Assembly (NCBI GenBank): GCA_963666205.1
Contig: OY762654.1
Span: 2,377,536 to 2,441,535 of the forward strand
DNA: 64,000 nt
Source: Synergistales bacterium
GTDB taxonomy: Bacteria > Synergistota > Synergistia > Synergistales > JAFGMB01
Direction of reading: 5' to 3'
Shown: in pieces, positions 19,161 to 29,308 of the stretch
How positions within the stretch are numbered: the stretch's first letter is position 1
Layout: every line of letters begins with the position of its first letter
Notes under the pieces: model-generated
Told to the model about the DNA's origin: nothing
Seen by the model: the letters and a program-made list of their open reading frames with translations, nothing else
The model's database searches: none
Translations under genes and position numbers: made by a program

Positions 19161-20225
19161 TCATACATTGGTCAGAGTGACCTTTTCGGCCGATATCCTG
19201 CCCTGCCGGAAAAGACCGAGGGCAACATCTACAACTTCGGGATCATATCTGATCCCCTTGAAGTTTTCAAGTTCATTGATCGTATCCTGTATGCTTTTAG
19301 CGGCCCTGTAAGGACGGTGAGACCACATAGCTTCCATTACATCCGATACTCCCAGTATTTTGGATTCCAGAAGAATTTCCTCTTCCTTTATTCCATGGGG
19401 ATACCCAGAACCGTCAAGTCTCTCATGATGCTGGAGAATAATTGTATCTATTGGCCAGGGGAAGTCGATGGGCTGTATTATCTGACATCCGATTACTGGG
19501 TGTTCCTTGATCAGGGAGAACTCCGTATCGTTGATCTTCCCGGGTTTATTAAGTATTTCCGATGGTATATTTATCTTTCCAATATCGTGGATCATCGCGG
19601 CCATATATATGGCTTTCTGTACGCAGGGGTCAAGTTCCATGGCTGAAGCTATGGATGTGGCAATGTGGGCAGTTCTCTGCTGATGTCCTGCGGTGTAGGG
19701 ATCCTTTGTCTCTACAGTATTGGCAAGGACTTGTATGGTCTGTTCCAACAGTCTCTCTACACCCTCCAGGCTTTCTCTAAGTTCTATGGTTCTTTCCTGG
19801 ACAAGTTTTTCAAGGATGTCCCTTTCATGACGGAGTTTGTCCTCAGATTTTTTTATCCTGAGCATAGCCTGAACCTGGGCTATCAGTTCTCCCTCATCTA
19901 TAGGTTTTGCCATAAAGGCATCTGCTCCGGCCTCGAGTCCCATCTTGCGGTTTGCCGGACTATTGGAAATTGCTGTAAGAAGGATTATCGGGACATGCCT
20001 GGTAAGCGGATCTGACCTGAGCCTTTGACAGGTTTCGAAACCATCCATCCTTGGCATTTTGATATCAAGAAGGATCGTATCAGGACAGTCTCTCCTGGCC
20101 TTTTCGATTCCCTCTGGTCCTGAACTTGCTGTTGTTACGCTGCAGCCTGGAAGGAATGTCTTGAGCATTGCCTGAATGACAACCAGATTATCTTCTCTGT
20201 CGTCTATGGCCAATATTTTAATCAC
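19161..20225 (-). CDS. Response regulator with HD-GYP phosphodiesterase domain
   Basis: REC (ILAIDD, LLDIKMP) plus HDIGK, HHERLDGSGYP, RPYR; start at GTG 20225 behind GAGGTG. Confidence 0.92.
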   Translation of the reverse strand: MIKILAIDDREDNLVVIQAMLKTFLPGCSVTTASSGPEGIEKARRDCPDTILLDIKMPRMDGFETCQRLRSDPLTRHVPIILLTAISNSPANRKMGLEAGADAFMAKPIDEGELIAQVQAMLRIKKSEDKLRHERDILEKLVQERTIELRESLEGVERLLEQTIQVLANTVETKDPYTAGHQQRTAHIATSIASAMELDPCVQKAIYMAAMIHDIGKINIPSEILNKPGKINDTEFSLIKEHPVIGCQIIQPIDFPWPIDTIILQHHERLDGSGYPHGIKEEEILLESKILGVSDVMEAMWSHRPYRAAKSIQDTINELENFKGIRYDPEVVDVALGLFRQGRISAEKVTLTNV

Positions 20226-20256
20226 TGTGAGTCCACCTCTTTCCCCGGCAGGATCG

Positions 20257-23200
20257 TCATTGTCCCATCCAGAATGAAACCTTCTCTTCCAGTATGTCCT
20301 GGTCGATGGGTTTTGAAATATAATCGTCACATCCGGAAGCCAGAGCCCGTTCCCTTTCGCCTCTCATAGCTCTGGCTGTTACTGCTATTACCGGGATCCT
20401 TTTTGTCCCGCTGTTTTCCTTTATTCTTCTTGCTACTTCATATCCATCCATTTTGGGCAAAGATATGTCCAGAAGGATAAGGTCCGGTTCCCTGCTCAGG
20501 GCCATACTCAGACCTTGTTCTCCGTCGGAAGCCTCAAAGAAATCGAAATCATGTCCAAGAAGAGTCTTGAGGGTAAAGAGGTTATCCGGGTTATCCTCAA
20601 CGATAAGGATACTCGGAGTGCCTCTGTCTGCTTCCTGTCTCTTCGGGTCAATGGGCAGATCCATACCCTGACCAGGATCATTCAGTGGACCGGATTTCCA
20701 GGGAGAGCCCTCAAAGACCATCCTTGCCATCTGCAGGAGCCCCTCTTTATCAAGATCTCCCTTGTGAATAAGTTGCTGGATATTATCAGCGCTCAATCTT
20801 TCAAAATCTTCAGAGTTAAGGTCCTTTGCAGTCAGGACAAGAACTGGTATATGTTGTGTTTCCTTATTCCTTCTTATCTGGTGCAGTACGTGAAAACCGT
20901 CCATTCCAGGCATCATAAGGTCCAGGATGATCCCGTCCGGAATATGTTCCTCCAGGTAGGAGAGAGCTTCTTCTCCCCCCGTTACTGATTCCACGTTGAA
21001 GCCTTCTTTCTCCAGAACCATTCTCACCTGAAGTGCTGCGATCTCGTTATCTTCTACAAGAAGAATATTTTTTGAGGCTTGATGGGTAAGGGAAACCCCA
21101 TTGCGTTCCGTCTTCTCAATTGAGTGGATCATCCTTTTCAGTTTCCTTCCCAATTCAAATGGGGAATCCTCGCTTTTTTGAAGGATATTGATCACGTTGC
21201 CTGATAGACGTTTCTTCTCTTCCGCAGTGAGTTCCTTTGCTGTAACGATGATCACAGGTATATCAGATGTTTTGGGGTTAGCCCTGATATTATTCAGAAC
21301 TTCAAATCCATTCATCTCAGGCATTACAAGGTCGAGAATAAGTATGTCCGGACTGTATTCCTTCAGCATGGAAAGACATTCTTTCCCATTGGAAAGGGCA
21401 TAGGTGCTGAAGCCTTCTTTAAGAAGGGATTCGGCCATGCTGGTTCGATCCAGGTCACTGTCGTCGACTATCATTATTTTTCTGGAATTCTTGTTCCCTA
21501 TATTGTCTATTTCATTGAGGAGTCTTTTTTCATCAACCGGTTTGGTCAGAAAACTTACCGCTCCCAAGGCCACCCCCGTTTCTCTTTCATCTGAAACTGA
21601 GATAATTATTACGGGAATATCTCTTGTCCTTGGATCTTCTTTAAGGTTCTGAAGCACTTCCCAGCCATCCATATCAGGCATAATGAGATCGAGAGTTATT
21701 GCGAAGGGCTGATAGAGGTAAGCCATTTTAAGGGCCTTTTCGCCAGAATCAGCATGTGCCACTTCATAACCCTCACGTGAAAGATATTCCGAAATGATGC
21801 TTCTTGCCTTGAAGTCATCATCCACAACGAGGATCTTTTTACCTTTATTTGGATTGATCTTTTTCAATTTCCTCTGGTTGAATCTCAGCCTGTTTACGAC
21901 TTTTCCCTGTCCGGACCATTTTAGTGGTAAAACAATGGTGAATCGGGAACCCATACCTTCTTTACTTTCAGCCATTATATGGCCTCCGAGCATGTCTGCT
22001 GTTTTTTTACAGATGGCAAGGCCTAGCCCGGTTCCCTCGAATTGTCTCGAAGAAGTCCCGTCTGCCTGTCTGAATTCATCAAAAACAAAGGGAAGTTCAT
22101 TTGCAGGTATGCCAACTCCCGTATCCTCCACTGCGATAAAGATCTTATCTTCTTCCGAGAAAGCGGTTATAGAAACACTTCCTTCGTTTGTGAACTTTAC
22201 AGCATTGCCAATAATATTTAAAAGGATCTTGTTGACCTTTTCCTCATCACTTTCAATATCTGGGAGGTCTTCAGGCACTATCAACTTAAGGTCCACATCT
22301 TTTTCAGCGACGAGAGGTATCATGCTCTCGGAAATCTCCTCTATACACATCCGGATCGAGAATATCTCGGGTGAGATCTCCACTTTCCCTGCCTCGATCT
22401 TTGAAAGATCCAGAATGTCGTTAATAAGGTTCAGGAGCTGTCTTCCGTTTCTCTCTATTATTTCAAGGTATTTAGCTTCATCTGAAGTGAGTTTCTCAAT
22501 AGTCTGACTTTTCATTACCCTGGACAGCGCAAGGATCGAATTCAGAGGTGTCCTCAATTCATGGCTCATATTTGAAAGGAACTCGCTCTTGAGCCGGTTT
22601 GCCTCCTCAACCTGTTTCCGCTGGTATTCCAGTTCTATGTTCTGTTCCAGAAGTTCTTCCGATTGGGATCTCAACTCGTTTGACTGGGCCCTGAGTTTTT
22701 CGGATTGAGATCTGAGTTCCGTATTTTTCTGAGAAAGTTCTCGGGCCAGAAGGTTTGTTTTCTCGTGGTTGATTATGTTTGAAAAAGAAGTATTTATACT
22801 GCTCCAGGACAGATTCACAACGTTTTTATGTTCCTGGGAATAGGGCCATACACTGGCAAGGGCTATGATAGCCTTGACTTCCTTGTCCAGCAGAAGGGGA
22901 ATGCTTATTATCTCTCTTGGTGGAACGACTCCTGCCGCAGTTTTGAACCTGAACATGCTGCTTTGGGGTATCTCCTTTATAAAAGCGATATTCTTCCGCA
23001 TAAAAGAAGTTCCGAACTGGTATTCTATGTCTTCTGCTGCAATAGGTTTATCCCTTGCTTCCGGGTTCATTCCCATGGAGGCAATATTTTTGAAGGATTT
23101 ACCGTCTCCTGTTTTAAGATAGAAGGCACCGATCCCGGATTCTGTTACGTCTACAAGTTTTCTTATGAGAATATCTGCGAATTGAACTGTCCCTTCATGG

Positions 23201-24354
23201 GTAACGGCAGTGCTTACTATTCCGGTTATTCCATCCTGTATCCTTATCAGGGATAAAAGTGAATCAGCCATGGTGTTGATAGTCCGGCCAAGAATACCAA
23301 GTTCATCAGCCCTGTCAATGTTATTTCTTGCCGTAAGTTCACCATTATCAATTTTTCTGGCTATTTCTGTTATCTTACCGATGGGTTTTGATATACTCCT
23401 GGAAATGATAATGGCAAGGGCGCAAGTTCCACTTACAGAGAAAGAAAAAATGATAAGGATCAGATGTAGCATTGAATAAATGGGGGTGTAAACTTCTATG
23501 AGATCCTGTTTTGCCACGAGTCCCCATCTGGTACGAGGCAGAAAAGTATACGACGAAAGGACTTCCTCTCCTCGATAGTCATTTTCCCTGATATTACCTG
23601 TAGAGCCCTCTTGTGCGCTTTTCACAGAAAGGGTGTTTATCTTAAGTTTAAGGGGAGCATCATCTGCCCATAAAAGGGGATTCAGAACTGTTCCGTCTTT
23701 ATCTACAATAAGTATCTCTCCGGAATTACCGAGACCAGGCCTCCTCAGAAGATCGCTGAAAACGGTGGTTTCCAGATCTATGATACCTGTTATAAGACCA
23801 TAAGGCTTTTCCATGCCTTCTTCGTGAAGGGGGTGGATCAGGGCCATTACCAGTTTGCCTTCCCGATCTTTGTAGACATCAGAAAAAATATCTTTAAATC
23901 CCTTCATTGCCATTGACGTAAAGGTTGTAAGATTGGATGGAAGAGTTCCTGTATCCCTATGGGAGGAAATAAATGTTCCCTCCTCCCCGGAAAGATAAAT
24001 TTCACTGAAATAATCAGATCGTGAAACCATATCAGACAGGATACCTTCCATCTGCCCTGTCTCCGAAAGGTTTCTCCTGTTTTTCAACAGCAGGTAGGTT
24101 CCCATATCCTTTTTCTCATTGACATTCCCTGCTATGTAAGTCATGTGCTGTGAAATATGGTCCAGCCAGTTAGCAAGCTGGTTTTTCTGCATATCTCTTA
24201 CGCCTGCAAGTTTGCTGAAAGCATCCACCCGTATAGATCTCATTCTCTGATCGTAGGTCAATCCCGTCATTACAATAAGTGGCAGCAGAGAAACTATAAC
24301 AAACCAGAAGAGCAGCAGGTTGTTTATACTCCTGAACCTTATACGGTTGAACAT
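20257..24354 (-). CDS. Hybrid sensor histidine kinase (TM-Cache-TM-HAMP-GAF-HisKA-HATPase-4xREC)
   Basis: SHELRTPLN, NAVKFT, DTGVG, GTGLGL; four receiver domains, each with a phospho-Asp. Confidence 0.94.
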   Translation of the reverse strand: MFNRIRFRSINNLLLFWFVIVSLLPLIVMTGLTYDQRMRSIRVDAFSKLAGVRDMQKNQLANWLDHISQHMTYIAGNVNEKKDMGTYLLLKNRRNLSETGQMEGILSDMVSRSDYFSEIYLSGEEGTFISSHRDTGTLPSNLTTFTSMAMKGFKDIFSDVYKDREGKLVMALIHPLHEEGMEKPYGLITGIIDLETTVFSDLLRRPGLGNSGEILIVDKDGTVLNPLLWADDAPLKLKINTLSVKSAQEGSTGNIRENDYRGEEVLSSYTFLPRTRWGLVAKQDLIEVYTPIYSMLHLILIIFSFSVSGTCALAIIISRSISKPIGKITEIARKIDNGELTARNNIDRADELGILGRTINTMADSLLSLIRIQDGITGIVSTAVTHEGTVQFADILIRKLVDVTESGIGAFYLKTGDGKSFKNIASMGMNPEARDKPIAAEDIEYQFGTSFMRKNIAFIKEIPQSSMFRFKTAAGVVPPREIISIPLLLDKEVKAIIALASVWPYSQEHKNVVNLSWSSINTSFSNIINHEKTNLLARELSQKNTELRSQSEKLRAQSNELRSQSEELLEQNIELEYQRKQVEEANRLKSEFLSNMSHELRTPLNSILALSRVMKSQTIEKLTSDEAKYLEIIERNGRQLLNLINDILDLSKIEAGKVEISPEIFSIRMCIEEISESMIPLVAEKDVDLKLIVPEDLPDIESDEEKVNKILLNIIGNAVKFTNEGSVSITAFSEEDKIFIAVEDTGVGIPANELPFVFDEFRQADGTSSRQFEGTGLGLAICKKTADMLGGHIMAESKEGMGSRFTIVLPLKWSGQGKVVNRLRFNQRKLKKINPNKGKKILVVDDDFKARSIISEYLSREGYEVAHADSGEKALKMAYLYQPFAITLDLIMPDMDGWEVLQNLKEDPRTRDIPVIIISVSDERETGVALGAVSFLTKPVDEKRLLNEIDNIGNKNSRKIMIVDDSDLDRTSMAESLLKEGFSTYALSNGKECLSMLKEYSPDILILDLVMPEMNGFEVLNNIRANPKTSDIPVIIVTAKELTAEEKKRLSGNVINILQKSEDSPFELGRKLKRMIHSIEKTERNGVSLTHQASKNILLVEDNEIAALQVRMVLEKEGFNVESVTGGEEALSYLEEHIPDGIILDLMMPGMDGFHVLHQIRRNKETQHIPVLVLTAKDLNSEDFERLSADNIQQLIHKGDLDKEGLLQMARMVFEGSPWKSGPLNDPGQGMDLPIDPKRQEADRGTPSILIVEDNPDNLFTLKTLLGHDFDFFEASDGEQGLSMALSREPDLILLDISLPKMDGYEVARRIKENSGTKRIPVIAVTARAMRGERERALASGCDDYISKPIDQDILEEKVSFWMGQ

Positions 24355-24393
24355 TTTATTCCCCCTGGATATTTAACTTATGGATCGGGAATA

Positions 24394-25242
24394 CTAGTAA
24401 AGCTTCCTGTATATTCTGCATGAACCCAGAACCTGTTCAAATTTCCCCTGAAAAAGTCCGTGAAGGGATTCTGCCTCGCCAAGAACCAGATATCCTCCTA
24501 TGGAAAGAGACTTTTCAAAGTTTTTCAGTATTGATATCTGAGTTTCCGGCGACATATATATCAACAGATTTCTGCATAAAATAATGTCAAAATGCCTGAA
24601 TATGCAATCTGTCGGCACCCTTCTCTCCGAAGAAAGAATGTCATGGATCGAAAAACTGACCATTTGTCTTATCTCGGGCTTTATACAGTACATATTCCCC
24701 GAAAAGTTAAAATATCTTTCCACATGACCCAATTGAACGTATTTCAGCCGTTCGGGAGGATAGCATCCATGTTCTGCTGTCCTGAGGGCTTCAGGGTCGA
24801 TGTCAGTAGCAAAAATACTCCCGGTGAGGGGAGGCAGTCCCCTTTGAGGGAGATCTTTCAGAAGGATGGCCATGGAATAGGGTTCCTCTCCGGTAGCACA
24901 TCCACAGGACCAGATGCTGATGTTCTCCGAACCAGTATCACGCCCTCTCAGTCCAAGACCTGGAAGGATTTCGCTGGCCATATGGTCAAAAACAACTGGA
25001 TCTCTGAAAAAACAGCTTACATTGACGGTTATAGCGTCTAACAACAGGTCTCTTTCAAACGGATCATAATTGAGATAATCCAGATAATCATTGTAATTAC
25101 CAAAGCCGAGATCTTTGAATCTGTCATTTATTCTCTTTTCCAGGGAAGCCTGTCTGTATCCTGAAAAATCAATACCCTTTTCCCTCTTGAGGAGATCCAG
25201 AATTGATCTTATCAAATTTTTATTTTCTAAAGACTGATCCAT
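24394..25242 (-). CDS. cheR: CheR-type protein-glutamate O-methyltransferase
   Basis: FFRDP, IWSCGCATGEEPYS, ATDID, CRNLLIY, LGEAES. Confidence 0.92.
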   Translation of the reverse strand: MDQSLENKNLIRSILDLLKREKGIDFSGYRQASLEKRINDRFKDLGFGNYNDYLDYLNYDPFERDLLLDAITVNVSCFFRDPVVFDHMASEILPGLGLRGRDTGSENISIWSCGCATGEEPYSMAILLKDLPQRGLPPLTGSIFATDIDPEALRTAEHGCYPPERLKYVQLGHVERYFNFSGNMYCIKPEIRQMVSFSIHDILSSERRVPTDCIFRHFDIILCRNLLIYMSPETQISILKNFEKSLSIGGYLVLGEAESLHGLFQGKFEQVLGSCRIYRKLY

Positions 25243-25336
25243 ATTCGGTTCCCATAATATCCTCTTGAATATATTTTCAGGGTCTGCTCTTGTAACATGG
25301 AATAAACAGAAGTCTCAGGTCTTGCATTGTCATAAT

Positions 25337-27847
25337 TCACATGTCTCTTTTAAGATAGGTCAGCCTCGTCCTGTTCCGGAGCAGAGCTGCCATTTCCTCT
25401 CCTGAAAGAGGAGGTGTACAGTAATATCCCTGGTAATAATTGCAGCCCAGGGATGTTATGGTCTGGAGGTCTTCTGCAGTTTCCACACCTTCTGCAACGA
25501 TCTTCATATCCAAAGTATGGGCCAGATCAGATATCCCCTTAACGATCTTCAGGCTCTTGGAGTGTTCAGCCATGTTGGATACGAAGGATCTGTCTATCTT
25601 CAGGATGTCAAAGGGGAAATAATGAAGAAAACTCAGGCTTGAATAGCCTGTGCCGAAATCATCTATGGCTATTCTTACGCCTTTTTCCTTTAGTTTGGAA
25701 AGGATCTCGACCGCGACGGAAGGATTTGTAATGATAAGGGACTCCGTGATCTCCATTACGATATTCGACGGAGATACTCCCGAAGATTCAATTCCCTGGA
25801 CTATGTCTGAGTAGATGTCGTGATCCGTGAAGAGGGGAGCGGACATATTAATGGACATAAAGAAATCTTCATTCGGGAAAGCCTTGTTCCATTCTGCGAG
25901 CTGGTAAAGTGCTTTTTCCAGTACGATCTTCCCGAGGGGCAGGATGAGTCCCGTCTCCTCGGCAAGGGAAATAAACTCCCCAGGCATTGTCACCTGTCCG
26001 TCCTTTCTATGCCAGCGGGCCAGGGCCTCGAATCCGACAAATCTGTTATCAGTTGTGGAGATTACGGGCTGGAAATATACATGGATCCGCTTCTCCTCGA
26101 TGGCCTGTCTGAGTTCTGTTTCCATGATAAGCATATTGTTCTTGCCTTCCATGAGAGAAGCATTATAAACAGCATGGTTTCCCCTGCCTCTGGCCTTGGC
26201 CGCGTACATTGCCCTGTCTGCATTGGCCAGAAATTGAGAAGCGCTTTTACCCCCATTATTACTGTTAACTATACCGATACTTCCTGAAACGTATATCTGT
26301 CTGCCTTCGATATTGACAGGCCTGGATATTCCTTCAAGGATCCTCTTTGCGACAATTTCCGCGGCTGATGGTTTCCCCTTGTTATCAAGGATAATGACGA
26401 ACTCGTCTCCCCCGAATCTGGAAACCAGGTCAAAGGGTCTGGTCAGGTTGACCAGTCTCTGGGCTACAACTTTAAGTACTTCGTCACCTGTTCCGTGACC
26501 GAGGTTGTCATTTATGTTCTTGAAGCGATCCAGGTCCAGAAAGAGTACATCGAAACTGCCGTTATTATCATGAAGACATCTTTTCAATGCCTTTTCAAGT
26601 TTGGATATCATAAGAGTCCTGTTCGGAAGTCCTGTAAGTGCATCATGCATGGCATTGTAACGAAGCTGCTTTTCAAGATACCGGTGTTCCGTTATGTCAT
26701 GAAAGAGAAAGACAGCCCCCTCCGACAGGTTCTCCGCTTCCCTGAGAGGGGATACTTTCAGGGAAAAATGGACAACCTTACCCGAGGAAGAAGTAAAAGA
26801 TATCTCTCTATCTCGAAGTGGTTCGTTATTGAGAAAGTCTTTCCAGTTATTACCCCCACCCCCGTTTATCATTGCCAGTACACTATCTATGTGCATATTT
26901 ACAAGTTTTCCTGCGGGACAGTTCAGAAGGGAGGTAAGCGCCTGGTTAACATCCTTTATTACCCCCTCGGCATCAACAACGATAACCCCGTCGTGCATGC
27001 TGTGCAGTATATTCTGAAGATCGTCTCTCGATATGGTCGTTTCTTTTATCGTCATTGCCATATTCTGCAGGGATCTTGCAAGATCTCCGATCTCGTCCCT
27101 ATGATCGAAGGGGATATCGATGTTAAATTCTCCCTTCCCGACTTTTTTAATCAGTCCGGAAAGGATACTCACAGGTTTGGTTATTCTGTTCGCAACAGCG
27201 TAGGAGGAAAGGAGTACGAGCAGGAAAAGGACAGAAGCCACGAGAAACAGAAACCTCAGGTTTGAAAGAAAAGTTTCCCGGTCCGTTGAAATCAGGACTG
27301 AATTAAGGCTTTCCAGTGCTGTATTCACGAACTGGCTGGAACGAATAAGGCAGACACCTCCGGAAGGTACCCCGCCAAGTCTTATGGGGGCCACGGCATA
27401 AAGAAGAGTTCTGTCCTCGTCCCATTGCAGGTTCCTTGTAGTTATATCGCCAATGGAGAAGATGTCCTTGATATTTTTCCGGGAGGAGGTACTGCCTGAA
27501 CCATCGGAGATGATATTTCCCTGGTTATCGAAAAGGCATGCATAAACGGTCTCATTATCGTTCCTTACAGCCTTAAGGCTTTCCCTTATGGAATTTTTGT
27601 CCTCTTCTGCCATGTATGTGGAGATATCTCTGGCAATATTTTCTGCCAGAGAATCGCTCTTGTTTTCAAACTTCTGAAGCAGGGATGACCGTATGACTGC
27701 GAAAGTGAGGTTACGTGTATCCTGAAAGGAGTCGCTGAAATTAGAGAACAAAACAGCTGTTACGATACAGAAAGTCGTAATTACCAACGCAAGTATAAGG
27801 AGAAAATTTCTGTCACGAATTCGCATATTAAGTACCTTCCTTGCCAT
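25337..27847 (-). CDS. Membrane HAMP-PAS-GGDEF-EAL c-di-GMP enzyme
   Basis: DALTGLPNR, RPFD I-site, GGDEF, EAL, DDFGTGYSSL, AEGVE all intact. Confidence 0.94.
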   Translation of the reverse strand: MARKVLNMRIRDRNFLLILALVITTFCIVTAVLFSNFSDSFQDTRNLTFAVIRSSLLQKFENKSDSLAENIARDISTYMAEEDKNSIRESLKAVRNDNETVYACLFDNQGNIISDGSGSTSSRKNIKDIFSIGDITTRNLQWDEDRTLLYAVAPIRLGGVPSGGVCLIRSSQFVNTALESLNSVLISTDRETFLSNLRFLFLVASVLFLLVLLSSYAVANRITKPVSILSGLIKKVGKGEFNIDIPFDHRDEIGDLARSLQNMAMTIKETTISRDDLQNILHSMHDGVIVVDAEGVIKDVNQALTSLLNCPAGKLVNMHIDSVLAMINGGGGNNWKDFLNNEPLRDREISFTSSSGKVVHFSLKVSPLREAENLSEGAVFLFHDITEHRYLEKQLRYNAMHDALTGLPNRTLMISKLEKALKRCLHDNNGSFDVLFLDLDRFKNINDNLGHGTGDEVLKVVAQRLVNLTRPFDLVSRFGGDEFVIILDNKGKPSAAEIVAKRILEGISRPVNIEGRQIYVSGSIGIVNSNNGGKSASQFLANADRAMYAAKARGRGNHAVYNASLMEGKNNMLIMETELRQAIEEKRIHVYFQPVISTTDNRFVGFEALARWHRKDGQVTMPGEFISLAEETGLILPLGKIVLEKALYQLAEWNKAFPNEDFFMSINMSAPLFTDHDIYSDIVQGIESSGVSPSNIVMEITESLIITNPSVAVEILSKLKEKGVRIAIDDFGTGYSSLSFLHYFPFDILKIDRSFVSNMAEHSKSLKIVKGISDLAHTLDMKIVAEGVETAEDLQTITSLGCNYYQGYYCTPPLSGEEMAALLRNRTRLTYLKRDM

Positions 27848-28015
27848 GATGGTAGACTGTTTGGGTAAGGAATATATCAGCTCGACGATTCTTGCATTAA
27901 TATATGTAAAAGAATACTATTCTTCTAAAAATCATATTACTTCAACTCAGGTTAAAAAACAAGTAACAGTCAGCTTTTCTGGAGGTCTGGTACATTGGAC
28001 GAGGAAGATGGAGAA

Positions 28016-29308
28016 ATGGATGATCTGACTGCTGTACTGAATCTTATCAGAGGTATCTCATATTCAGGTAAACCGGCGTGGCTGGTCGGAGGAGCGGTAA
28101 GGGACATTGTACTTGGAACGCTTCCTGCTGACTGGGATATTGTAATAAAAACGGATCTGGAAGGAATAAAGGTTATCTTTCCTGATGCCGTATGTGTGGG
28201 CAGGAATAGAAAGCCTGTCTGCCATACCAGTTTTCATGGTCTGAAACTTGAGATCTTACCTCTTCATGGAGAGGATATTCTTTCAGACCTGGCTGTAAGG
28301 GATTTTACGATTAATGCCATGGCTATGGATTTCGAGGGAGAACTTATTGACCCCTTTGGCGGTTCCAGGGATCTGGAAAAGGCTGTTCTTCGTTTCACGG
28401 GAGATGCTTCAGAAAGGATAGAGGAGGATCCGGTACGGATTTTGCGTATGTGCCGGTTTGCATCATCTCTAAAACTTTTTATTCCCGGATCAGATCTTAT
28501 TGCAGCAAGGAAGGACGCACATCGCATTCGGTCCGTTCATTTGGAAAGGGTGGGGATGGAAGTCCTCAAGGGAATCAAGGGAAGATGTGCGGCATTTCTG
28601 GCACTTGTTGATAGTTCAGGTCTTACCGTGGATCTTTTCCCTTTTCTGGAGAAGGTAAGATATATACCCGCTTCGGGGGACAATAATTCTGAAACCGGAG
28701 GAAACTTCCATCACATTTTGAGGATGATGTCATTTATTCAAAAGGGAGAATATCCTGGTGAATTCTCTCCCTGGGTTCTCTTTCTGCCCTTTTTTTCAGG
28801 TAAAAAAGACAAAAAAGAAGCCGCCAGAATGGCTCGCGACCTTATGGTCCGATGGGGGTGGCCTCTATCGATCAGAGAAGAAGTTATTTTTTATGCCGGG
28901 CATATATGCTCCCTTTTCCAGCCTCTGGATGGAAAAGGCCTCTACCGGATCTATAAAGATATGCAGAGGAGGGGAAGGGTGGATCTATTCCTGGCAGCCA
29001 GGCTCTTTCTGGATGCTCTTCCGAAAAGTACTGGTTGTTTTTACATTCCCGGCATGAACAGTAACCGGATCAATATGAAAAAAATATTTCCCTTGCTCAA
29101 CTGTAAGGAGATCTTTCTTTCATGTGGAGATATTTCAAGGATATTCTCTATTCCGGAAGGTCCTTTGCTGGGAAAACTTCGACAGGATCTGGCCTTCAGC
29201 ATATCGGAAGGTAAGATCAAGACCAGGGATGAAGCCCTGGTCTTGATCGAAGAACAGATAAAAAAGACAGGCTCAAGAAATATTAAGGGCTGCTGGACGG
29301 GTTTCTGA
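28016..29308 (+). CDS. Class II tRNA nucleotidyltransferase, probably CC-adding type
   Basis: GGAVRD, DWD, RDFTINAMA, DPFGG, EDPVR, ERVGME; flexible loop region is short; start at ATG 28016. Confidence 0.85.
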   Translation: MDDLTAVLNLIRGISYSGKPAWLVGGAVRDIVLGTLPADWDIVIKTDLEGIKVIFPDAVCVGRNRKPVCHTSFHGLKLEILPLHGEDILSDLAVRDFTINAMAMDFEGELIDPFGGSRDLEKAVLRFTGDASERIEEDPVRILRMCRFASSLKLFIPGSDLIAARKDAHRIRSVHLERVGMEVLKGIKGRCAAFLALVDSSGLTVDLFPFLEKVRYIPASGDNNSETGGNFHHILRMMSFIQKGEYPGEFSPWVLFLPFFSGKKDKKEAARMARDLMVRWGWPLSIREEVIFYAGHICSLFQPLDGKGLYRIYKDMQRRGRVDLFLAARLFLDALPKSTGCFYIPGMNSNRINMKKIFPLLNCKEIFLSCGDISRIFSIPEGPLLGKLRQDLAFSISEGKIKTRDEALVLIEEQIKKTGSRNIKGCWTGF

